64,000 bases of DNA from assembly GCA_963653535.1 (NCBI GenBank), contig CAVJWU010000003.1, positions 8,160 through 72,159 of the forward strand. Direction: 5' to 3'. Shown in pieces: positions 47,501 through 54,010 of this stretch. Every line of letters begins with the position of its first letter. Position 1 is the stretch's first letter. A program made the position numbers and the translations under genes. Under the pieces are notes generated by a model. It searched no databases, was not told the DNA's origin, and saw only the letters and a program-made list of their open reading frames with translations. This DNA is from Azospirillum sp. CAG:239 (GTDB lineage Bacteria; Bacillota_I; Bacilli_A; RFN20; CAG-449).

Positions 47501-49882
47501 AATATTAGATAAATTAATGTCACTTAAATTAAAGTCAGGAACATATTCATTTAATAATTCTTTTATTTCGTCTAAGGATAAATATACTTTACTATTATCA
47601 TTTAAAGTTAAATACATTTTCTTATCGACATAATAGAAACTAATATTACCTGTGATATTTTGATAAGTTATTTCTAATGTACCTTTAACTAATGATTCAT
47701 CAAGATTAGTTAAATTAGGTTTAACATTAATTTCACCATTTAAGTTAACATCATTAAATGTTAAGTTATTAATATTTACGTTATAATATCCATTTTCAAT
47801 ATAAGAAAGAAGTTCGTTAATTAAGGTGTTAAGATCTAAACTTTCTTCATAAGTCACTTCAATAAGATCATCTTCATAAGGAAGTAAAGAAATGCTTAAT
47901 GAATCATTGTAAGTAAGAAGTAAATTTTCATTATATGATAATTTAATCGTTCCATTAAGAAGATTAATTTTTAATGAATCTAAATTAAATTCAATATAGT
48001 CTTCATAGAAATCTAGATTATCAATAACATTAAATAAAGTATTAAATATTTGATTAATCTCTATATTAGGAAGTTTGTTATCAAAAGTAACAAAACGATT
48101 TAAAATATTAATTAATTCTTCATAACTAATATTAGTGACTAATGAATCACCAATTTTAAGATATAATTTTTCTTTATTTCCATCGATAACTACAGGAATA
48201 TCAGTATTATTAATATTTATCTTTAAATCAAATTTATATAGAGGATCATCTTTATCTTTTAAACTAACGTAATATGAACCATTTATTTTTAAAGGTAACT
48301 TAGTTTCATTAATTAAAAATTCTTTTTCAAAATTAATTTCTCCATAAAAAGCTTTTTTCTCAACAATATCTTTTACTTTAGTTACAATTGGAGAAATATT
48401 AGTTATCTCTTTTACTGATGAAGGAATTTCTTTAAAAGTTAAAGTACTTTCATTAACCACATCAAAATCTGCTGTTAAGGTATATGATTCATAAATTAGA
48501 TTAGCATCTAAACCGATAATTGATATTGAATCATTATCTTCATATAAATGTAATACTATTTTAGACTCATCACTAAACGGAATGTTAATATCAACAAATT
48601 TTTCTTCTTTAGAAACATTCATCGATGAAACTATTTTTGATACAAATGGATTTTCCATTAAAGCCATTAAAGTATCACTAGAAAAGAGATTTTCATTTCC
48701 AGAAACTAGATAAATAACTTTATCTAATTCATCTTTAGTAACTAAATATGATGAACTATTAGTTATAACATAAGCTTTAGAATCTAAATAAATAATATCT
48801 AAAGCATCATTAATACTTACGTAATATGAAGATGAACTTAAATCTAATTTAATCTTAAAATTTAATTCTTCATCATTTACATTAATCTTCCCCTTAAATG
48901 CAAGATTATTAAATTTAGAAAGATCATCTCCTAAAGATGATAAATAATCCATCGCAGTTTTTTCTTTTTCAATTTCACCAGTTTCTTGACCAAAATAAGG
49001 AGAAAAATATTCTTTTTCAGGACAATCAATATTTGAAGTATAATAAGTATATGTTTCATTAAAAACGCCTGAACAATTTAATCCTCCAAGAATTGGAGTA
49101 GTATAGACTTCATTAATGGTTGACTTTTTAATTTCATAATCGTTATTAATCGCAATATTAAAATGAATGTCACTAAAAATTGGATAAGAAGATGATCCAG
49201 CCATATAACTAACTTCTCTAACGTATGCCGCGGAAGCTGAGGTAGGATCTAATGTAAAAGTAAAATAATATAATCCGTCTTCTTTTTGTCCTTCGTAAAC
49301 GCCGTTAAGAAAAGAAACATCGTTAATCGCATAATTAAAAATATCTCTATTAGTATGGCCATATCGATTCATGTAATCTTTTTTAGATAAAGCTTCTACT
49401 CTAGAAGAAGAATAATCTGCCCCATCAATAGTTGGATTAGAGCCTTCTCTAACTAAATATGAATTTGAATTAGTATATCTTTGTTCACTCTTTTTGACAA
49501 ATGTAGAAATAGTATTAGTTTGAAAGAAAGTATCATTTTCATTAATAATTCTTCTTGTAGATACTTCTTGATTATAAGGTATCCCTGCAACAGATGCTTC
49601 AACATTGCCTAATGAAGAAGTTACAATATATTTACTTTCTTTTGCAAATTTTGTCGTAGTCGCGAATAAAATATTTTTATAATTATTAGAAGAATCTTCA
49701 CTCAAAAACTCGTTTACCTTTTTATCAGGTAAACTAATGTATTTATTAAGTAAGCTTTCATCTTCAATATCAACCGCGGAAGAAGTTCCTCCTCCATTGC
49801 TATTAACAATTTTTAATGTTACAGCCCCGCTGGCAGTTGATAGAAGAAGAGCCGCGCCGATAATTACAAATCTTTTCTTCAT
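41597..49882 (-). CDS. Giant (2761 aa) secreted or membrane-anchored repeat protein, function unknown
   Basis: Uninterrupted 8.3-kb ORF. N-terminal signal/anchor MKKRFVIIGAALLLSTASGAV with no lipobox Cys. N/S/L/I-rich modular sequence. No catalytic motif was recognised. Confidence 0.85.
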   Translation of the reverse strand: MKKRFVIIGAALLLSTASGAVTLKIVNSNGGGTSSAVDIEDESLLNKYISLPDKKVNEFLSEDSSNNYKNILFATTTKFAKESKYIVTSSLGNVEASVAGIPYNQEVSTRRIINENDTFFQTNTISTFVKKSEQRYTNSNSYLVREGSNPTIDGADYSSSRVEALSKKDYMNRYGHTNRDIFNYAINDVSFLNGVYEGQKEDGLYYFTFTLDPTSASAAYVREVSYMAGSSSYPIFSDIHFNIAINNDYEIKKSTINEVYTTPILGGLNCSGVFNETYTYYTSNIDCPEKEYFSPYFGQETGEIEKEKTAMDYLSSLGDDLSKFNNLAFKGKINVNDEELNFKIKLDLSSSSYYVSINDALDIIYLDSKAYVITNSSSYLVTKDELDKVIYLVSGNENLFSSDTLMALMENPFVSKIVSSMNVSKEEKFVDINIPFSDESKIVLHLYEDNDSISIIGLDANLIYESYTLTADFDVVNESTLTFKEIPSSVKEITNISPIVTKVKDIVEKKAFYGEINFEKEFLINETKLPLKINGSYYVSLKDKDDPLYKFDLKININNTDIPVVIDGNKEKLYLKIGDSLVTNISYEELINILNRFVTFDNKLPNIEINQIFNTLFNVIDNLDFYEDYIEFNLDSLKINLLNGTIKLSYNENLLLTYNDSLSISLLPYEDDLIEVTYEESLDLNTLINELLSYIENGYYNVNINNLTFNDVNLNGEINVKPNLTNLDESLVKGTLEITYQNITGNISFYYVDKKMYLTLNDNSKVYLSLDEIKELLNEYVPDFNLSDINLSNINILSIINSIKTSGNEIKLDLNDVTSSKFNYELVISLARHNIKLVSLDTLNEDIILKQGETFSTSINESEYVNLKPVISSLNKVYSLVSKQDLSTYFSLDCLYNSSTYRIEGELSYKKIDDNFIFFLEITSPLGIKISYLNETFYLDIESSHIKFNKASLKHVLSEIKDVYSLDEETISLILNILDNGLDIISSLNVDPSSLVLNINNLFNGIYFSDEDIIIDLNLTQFVNDISSLKINISSRNSSLEEITLNDILLNKVSLKNITLNNLSSSKEISVNNEDSYLDLSSLSNLSSIKEIKDLISNKVYSLELHETSFEGGSVQGNISYLDLSKLDLSVLNTEVIRIEDIINDISLSGEFILKIDNLNEPIRLKVNLNNGIIQVKLLDNNYSLVIGGTYSELVDILDNVKTTLGTTLSNLIKDLDLSKIVLPLEIESTLSEISIETIITYLKEISLNDIIKYFDVSNVGKIDLRLNLSSLNSKLNEVNILYYNSSLDVNISSLTSLTLSSRTKVNDFDNEFGEVTTLSLINLTNELLSYIENGYLNVNINNLTFNDLNLNGEINVKPNLTNLDESLVKGTLEITYQNITGNISFYYVDKKMYLTLNDNSKVYLSLDEIKELLNEYVPDFNLSDINLSNINILSIINSIKTSGNEIKLDLNDVTSSKFNYELVISLARHNIKLVSLDTLNEDIILKQGETFSTSINESEYVNLKPVISSLNKVYSLVSKQDLSTYFSLDCLYNSSTYRIEGELSYKKIDDNFIFFLEITSPLGIKISYLNETFYLDIESSHIKFNKASLKHVLSEIKDVYSLDEETISLILNILDNGLDIISSLNVDPSSLVLNINNLFNGIYFSDEDIIIDLNLTQFVNDISSLKINISSRNSSLEEITLNDILLNKVSLKNITLNNLSSSKEISVNNEDSYLDLSSLSNLSSIKEIKDLISNKVYSLELHETSFEGGSVQGNISYLDLSKLDLSVLNTEVIRIEDIINDISLSGEFILKIDNLNEPIRLKVNLNNGIIQVKLLDNNYSLVIGGTYSELVDILDNVKTTLGTTLSNLIKDLDLSKIVLPLEIESTLSEISIETIITYLKEISLNDIIKYFDVSNVGKIDLRLNLSSLNSKLNEVNILYYNSSLDVNISSLTSLTLSSRTKVNDFDNEFGEVTTCSFENITDLVSSLSTLLETRKFDGYIKLDNLAFNLNVKDVVSLLGLNISSEDTIRMISNISIYYQIDFSNALDFYLDIAFDIKNVPSDSSKGGNISFNTEHLIITKVNKDIYFKLSNIVSCLTYEEWLEVIKYLEDSLSLDFNINYSNVNEIIDELSNGLDSFISYIISKKENNSSSNITSYIDVNKIITSLNYVSLNNNESEISFVLSLQEIASKYSINFVDLSSIDVNLNTKEGKITLNSDFELNLFYKNNYSSLINEIEASNYVTCSSLMSVIDQIVSLKNTFKQNKFVISTSSSTSSNYVSKDNKKLFDYSGKIILSLEEEIKFNINNVTLNAYQYDNDNNVTTSTHNFSLAYLPTYTKNGEVINKDSLFINYGPNLKGYLSRSEFASLAQYGCDLMGINSSVIKALLTNLGSAESLDTNVLNSITDGTKLPNININLDNLFDSYIISQNDSGSEFEINLNAKDIYASLYGEDFNKDNESENKNIVSLKVCSSKDKSLISKVKLENMYSSSCEVFNIDLDISNTFSEEETSLLNIVDVTNDNNELGKYYYLGNIPTLLKAFVNTANLRKYHVSGSLSMNLGKWNLQNITYDIKIVLDENNKPYIEVTFNANYFFLVMDGGQSKLLYSPTEEKVYLRNNKSKKNRVYTFVESDSNYIGNKENIAEIINIILGSKSTISGTIESSVSNTNPNVDINTILKNYSYNYDESTLTGLTNVTLDGSQLMSSLSNLNVHLTNQEVDMQIDENNVKHGDYLTSFTFDTSMSVITLSGNGTFNNINETTSNITVDLDLISKAVNNSSTWSF
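44018..47819. repeat. Near-perfect tandem direct duplication, period 1911 bp (637 codons, in frame), inside the giant ORF
   Basis: Copy 1 is 44018-45908 and copy 2 is 45929-47819. Spot checks at three offsets are identical. The only differences seen are 45838 vs 47749 and 45872-45873 vs 47783-47784. More than 620 aa are identical in the translation. Confidence 0.9.
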
Positions 49883-49902
49883 ATACTAACTTTCTAAAGG
49901 TC

Positions 49903-49933
49903 AAAAAAAACCTTTAATATTATATATTAAAGG
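49903..49933 (-). terminator. Terminator-like hairpin plus U8 between the sbcC-like gene and the giant ORF
   Basis: CCTTTAATA-5 nt-TATTAAAGG hairpin followed on the minus strand by T8. It ends only about 20 nt before the giant ORF's ATG. Confidence 0.5.
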
Positions 49934-50038
49934 AATTTAAAAATATATAAAATGATTGATTTTATCCTAAATTTGTGATACATGAATTATCATTCATAAT
50001 TTAAAATCGTAAATATAGTAAAATTTTTATAAAATAAA

Positions 50039-52741
50039 TTAAGCAATTTTTCTAGTTTCATGACAAGTAAAATAAATAATTTGCCAAGAAGAAGATAGTT
50101 CTTTTATAACTTCGATTGCTTTCGATACTTTATCTTTATCTAACGATTCAAAAGGATCATCAAGAATAATGACTGAATCATGATCTTTATATAATGAATC
50201 TAAGACTGCAAAACGTAAACAAAGCATCATAATTGTTCTTTCGCCTTCTGATAAATCTCTTGAATCTCTTAATGCACCTTTTACTTCATATTGAATTTCA
50301 TAATCATAATTCATCGTAACGTTTGAAGAAATCTTTTCATATATCTTACTTGCATAATTAATAAATGAATCTTTAATTGGTGAAATGAATTTTCTTTCCA
50401 TATCAGAACTAGCTTCTAATAAACTTTTTAGGGCAATTTCTGCGATTTTCACCTTTTGTTCATAATTAGAAATTAATTTATTATTAAGTTCAATTTCTTC
50501 TTCTAGCCTATCTTTTTGACTAATTCGCGCTTCAATTTCATTAATATGATCATCTAAAATATTTAATTCAGCATTCTTCTTAATAAGTAAGGCATTTAAT
50601 TCTTTTTCTTTTTCACTAACATCTACTTCAATAAAATCTTCTAAAGAGTTTTCTTTAATATAATCATTTTTCTTTTTAGTTAAAGTATTAATTTCAAGTA
50701 AAGAAGTATTATATTTTTCCGAATCTAAAATAACATTTTTAGTTGTTAAACTAATATCAATACCTTCACTAATTCCATGAAGACTTAAAATGTTATTAAT
50801 CTTATTTTTAAAGTCCGAAATAACTTTTTCTGCACCTAATTTATTAAGATAAATAGGATGTTTAACTTTATAAAAATCTAAATCAGATTTTAAAGTTTCT
50901 AATGTAGAAGAAAAATTTTCATTTAAAACTAAACCATATTTATCTAAAATTGATTGAATCAATTCCATTAATTCAGTTTGTTTCTTATTAATTTTATCAA
51001 TAATTTCTTCGTTTCTTTTTTTATCCTCGTTATATTTATTATATTTTAATAAATCATTTTTATATTGACTATATGCTTCAGAAATATCTAAATTTAAGTA
51101 ACCTAAATAAGCAAAATAGTTAAGTAAATATTTTTCCTTTTCAATAACTAATTCATTCAAGTTTTTAGTTTTTTCTTCATTATTAACTTTATCTAGTTCA
51201 TCATTAGAAATTTGTTCTTCTAATTCCGACATCTTTCCTTCATAAGTACCAAATTCAATTTGATATTTATTAAAGAAAACATCTAATTCATTCTTAATTT
51301 CATTAATTCGCTTTTCAAGATTATTCTTTTCTAAAATGAATTCCTTTTTTTTTTTATTCAAGAAAATAAAATATATACCAAAAGTAAATATTATTAAAAG
51401 AAATCTAATAATAAAAGAAGGCTCAATGTTAGAAGAATTTAAATTAGTTAACTTTGAAGAATAATCATTTAACTTTTGTATTTCTACTTTCATATATTCA
51501 ATCACGTTACGAGAAGGAAAATCTTTAGTTTTGTAACTAATTCTAGTATCTTGCGTTAATAAAGTATTATATTCAAAGATTTTTTTATTTAAAATTTCTT
51601 CATTAATAATTTCTTTGCCTTCAAATTTATTTTTTAAAGAAGAAAATTCATTTTCATCAATTTCTATAATTGAAGAAGTATCAATCGAAGTAAGCTTATT
51701 ATAATTTAAAAATAAAACATTATAATCATTTTCTGAAATTAAATTATTTTCTAAATTATTTAGTTTATTTATTTCTGAAGGTGTTAAAACATAACCTAAA
51801 GCAATATTATTTTCTTTATTATATTCATTTAAATATGAATCAAGTAATTTAATTTCTTCTTGAGTGAATAAATTATTTTGATATTTTTGATTTAGATATA
51901 AAATATTTTCTTCTTCTTTTTTTATATCTTCATCATAAGTTTTTAAAGCACTTAGTTTTCCTTTATTAACATTTAATAAAGCTAAATTATTTTGTTCTAA
52001 TTGTATTTTATTTATTTCTGCTTTTTTTTCATTTCTCTCTACGTAAAGTTCATCTAAAGAACTATCTAATTTATCAATTTCTTTTATTTTGTTTATATTT
52101 TCTTTGTTACATTTATTTAAATAACTAATTTGATATTTATAAGCTTTTTCATTTCTTCTTGCAGTCGGAGCTTTTTCTCTTAAATCATCATTTATAAGTT
52201 TAAGCGTTTCTTCTAATGAATGTTCTTTATCTTTATTTAAAACGATATTACCTAACTTCATCTTTAAAGATTCGCTTGTTGAAAAGTCTAAATCATTAGA
52301 AGAAATAAAATTAACTTTAGTAAAAGTATTTACATCAAATCCTAATATTAATTCACCTAATAAAGATGAATTTTCTCCTTGTAAAGAAGAAATTTCTCGT
52401 CCTTTAAAACTAGATAAAGGATTGCCGTTTTCATCATAAATTTTTAAAGTATCTTTTGAGGGTGAATCAAAAAAAGTTCTTTCGATTCGATAGACTTTAC
52501 CTTCAAAAGAAATGACAATACTTCCTCCATAAGTTCCACCAGAATAAGGTTTATAATGCTTACGTTCATATGAAATAGATTTAGATTTTTCTAAAGAATA
52601 TAACATCGCTTTTATAAATTGGGCGAGGGTCGTTTTACCTTCACCATTATTAATGCAAAATGGATTTAATGAGGAAGAAAAATTAAACTCTTTATCAGAA
52701 TAACATCCAAAGTTATTAATATTACATTTAATAATACGCAT
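50039..52741 (-). CDS. SMC/Rad50-like ABC ATPase, SbcE/YhaN-like
   Basis: N-terminal Walker A NNGEGKTT. About 700 aa of coiled coil. C-terminal signature LSEGERTIMMLCL and Walker B VIILDDPFESLD. No central CxxC hook was found; instead there is a hydrophobic helix FIIRFLLIIFTFGIYFIFL at about residues 441-461. Confidence 0.75.
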   Translation of the reverse strand: MRIIKCNINNFGCYSDKEFNFSSSLNPFCINNGEGKTTLAQFIKAMLYSLEKSKSISYERKHYKPYSGGTYGGSIVISFEGKVYRIERTFFDSPSKDTLKIYDENGNPLSSFKGREISSLQGENSSLLGELILGFDVNTFTKVNFISSNDLDFSTSESLKMKLGNIVLNKDKEHSLEETLKLINDDLREKAPTARRNEKAYKYQISYLNKCNKENINKIKEIDKLDSSLDELYVERNEKKAEINKIQLEQNNLALLNVNKGKLSALKTYDEDIKKEEENILYLNQKYQNNLFTQEEIKLLDSYLNEYNKENNIALGYVLTPSEINKLNNLENNLISENDYNVLFLNYNKLTSIDTSSIIEIDENEFSSLKNKFEGKEIINEEILNKKIFEYNTLLTQDTRISYKTKDFPSRNVIEYMKVEIQKLNDYSSKLTNLNSSNIEPSFIIRFLLIIFTFGIYFIFLNKKKKEFILEKNNLEKRINEIKNELDVFFNKYQIEFGTYEGKMSELEEQISNDELDKVNNEEKTKNLNELVIEKEKYLLNYFAYLGYLNLDISEAYSQYKNDLLKYNKYNEDKKRNEEIIDKINKKQTELMELIQSILDKYGLVLNENFSSTLETLKSDLDFYKVKHPIYLNKLGAEKVISDFKNKINNILSLHGISEGIDISLTTKNVILDSEKYNTSLLEINTLTKKKNDYIKENSLEDFIEVDVSEKEKELNALLIKKNAELNILDDHINEIEARISQKDRLEEEIELNNKLISNYEQKVKIAEIALKSLLEASSDMERKFISPIKDSFINYASKIYEKISSNVTMNYDYEIQYEVKGALRDSRDLSEGERTIMMLCLRFAVLDSLYKDHDSVIILDDPFESLDKDKVSKAIEVIKELSSSWQIIYFTCHETRKIA

Positions 52742-53775
52742 TAACCTTCCTCCTTCATTAGCTTAGATAAGCCATAATTAATTACTAGTTCTCTAGTTTC
52801 TTCATCGAGATTTTTATTTTCTAATACTTTATTTATAAACATGTTTCTCAATGAATTTTCTTCAGTATTAGTTTCATAAGTTAGCTTTAATTTCGCATTG
52901 TTTTTTATTTCTAAATACTTTCTTTTATCGTTAAAAGTAGCTTTAAATTCATCTACATCAATTTCAAAATTAGACTTACCAGAAAATTTAATTTCGGTAA
53001 TTTTATTTAAATTAGTTTCGATAAGACTATCACTTATTTTACTTTTTAATTCAGCTTCATTTTGATTATTTACATTAAGTTCAATAATTTCAAATTCATA
53101 ACTAGGCACTTCAATAAAAGAAGTTGTTTTTAATGTCGTATCAAGCACAACAAAGCCTTTTTTACCTACTTCATCAAATCCTCTTCCTAAAACAGAACCA
53201 GGATAAACATATTTACTTAATGAAGATTGACCTTCACTTCTTTTATGAATATGACCTAAAGCAAAATAAGAAATATTCTTATCATCTAATTTTTTTAAGT
53301 TAATATAATTCCGATCATTAGAATTAAAAATATCACCATGAAGCATCATAATATTAAATTTATCTTTAGTAAAAGAAGGATAATTATATAAAGAAGAATT
53401 GTCGTCTTGTAATTCATAACCAATTATTCTTACATCATCTTTAGAATAAGTTTCTACTCCATTAAAAGTATGTAAATTAGGATAATTTTCATTATATTTA
53501 GATGAACAATCATGATTTCCTTTAATGTAATAAAAATCAATCTGAGAATTTAAAGAAATTAAATCATAAAAATATTTTTTATCTTTAATTAAGACAGCAT
53601 TCTTATCGAAAATATCTCCACACATTAATATAGTATTAATATTGTTATCTTTTGCATAATTGATAATGAATCTAAAAGCATTTCTTAATTTAGAATCAAG
53701 TTCTTCTTTTAAAGTAGATGGTAAACGATCAAATTTTGATCCAATATGTAAATCCGCGAAATGTATTATTTTCAT
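52741..53775 (-). CDS. Mre11/SbcD-type metallophosphoesterase nuclease, SbcF/YhaO-like
   Basis: IIHFADLHIG, CGDIFD, GNHD and GHIH. Its stop overlaps the ATPase start (TAATG). RBS GGAGG. Confidence 0.8.
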   Translation of the reverse strand: MKIIHFADLHIGSKFDRLPSTLKEELDSKLRNAFRFIINYAKDNNINTILMCGDIFDKNAVLIKDKKYFYDLISLNSQIDFYYIKGNHDCSSKYNENYPNLHTFNGVETYSKDDVRIIGYELQDDNSSLYNYPSFTKDKFNIMMLHGDIFNSNDRNYINLKKLDDKNISYFALGHIHKRSEGQSSLSKYVYPGSVLGRGFDEVGKKGFVVLDTTLKTTSFIEVPSYEFEIIELNVNNQNEAELKSKISDSLIETNLNKITEIKFSGKSNFEIDVDEFKATFNDKRKYLEIKNNAKLKLTYETNTEENSLRNMFINKVLENKNLDEETRELVINYGLSKLMKEEG

Positions 53776-53793
53776 ATATTCACCTCCAAAAAA

Positions 53794-53910
53794 TTATTTA
53801 ATTGTCATAATAATATTTTTAAAGAACGTTATTTTTTTATCTTGAAATTTCTTTAGATTATCAATCGATTCTAAATCAAAATCTACAGCATAAATAAATT
53901 CTTTAGCCAT
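53794..53910 (-). CDS. Possible 38-aa ORF upstream of the sbcD-like gene
   Basis: Not in the ORF track because it is too short. The ATG is preceded by GAGGT and a TATAAT-like box at 53938-53943. Translation: MAKEFIYAVDFDLESIDNLKKFQDKKITFFKNIIMTIK. There is no homology evidence. Confidence 0.3.
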   Translation of the reverse strand: MAKEFIYAVDFDLESIDNLKKFQDKKITFFKNIIMTIK

Positions 53911-53954
53911 ATTTTTACCTCGATAGTTATCTTTAATATTATATCATCTTTTTA

Positions 53955-53994
53955 TAAAACAAAAAGAGGACAAATATTACTTTAAATCCTCTTA
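53955..53994 (-). terminator. Terminator after the pectinesterase gene
   Basis: AAGAGGA...TCCTCTT stem with a large loop. The minus strand continues TTTTGTTTTAT. Confidence 0.5.
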
Positions 53995-54010
53995 TTGTTT
54001 AAATATCTAA

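Noticed and set aside
44018-47819. Whether the large repeat could be a CRISPR array, an IS element or a prophage duplication.
   Set aside because: The repeat unit is 1911 bp, lies in frame inside one ORF, and has no short repeat-spacer periodicity, no transposase and no terminal inverted repeats. It is an intragenic tandem duplication.
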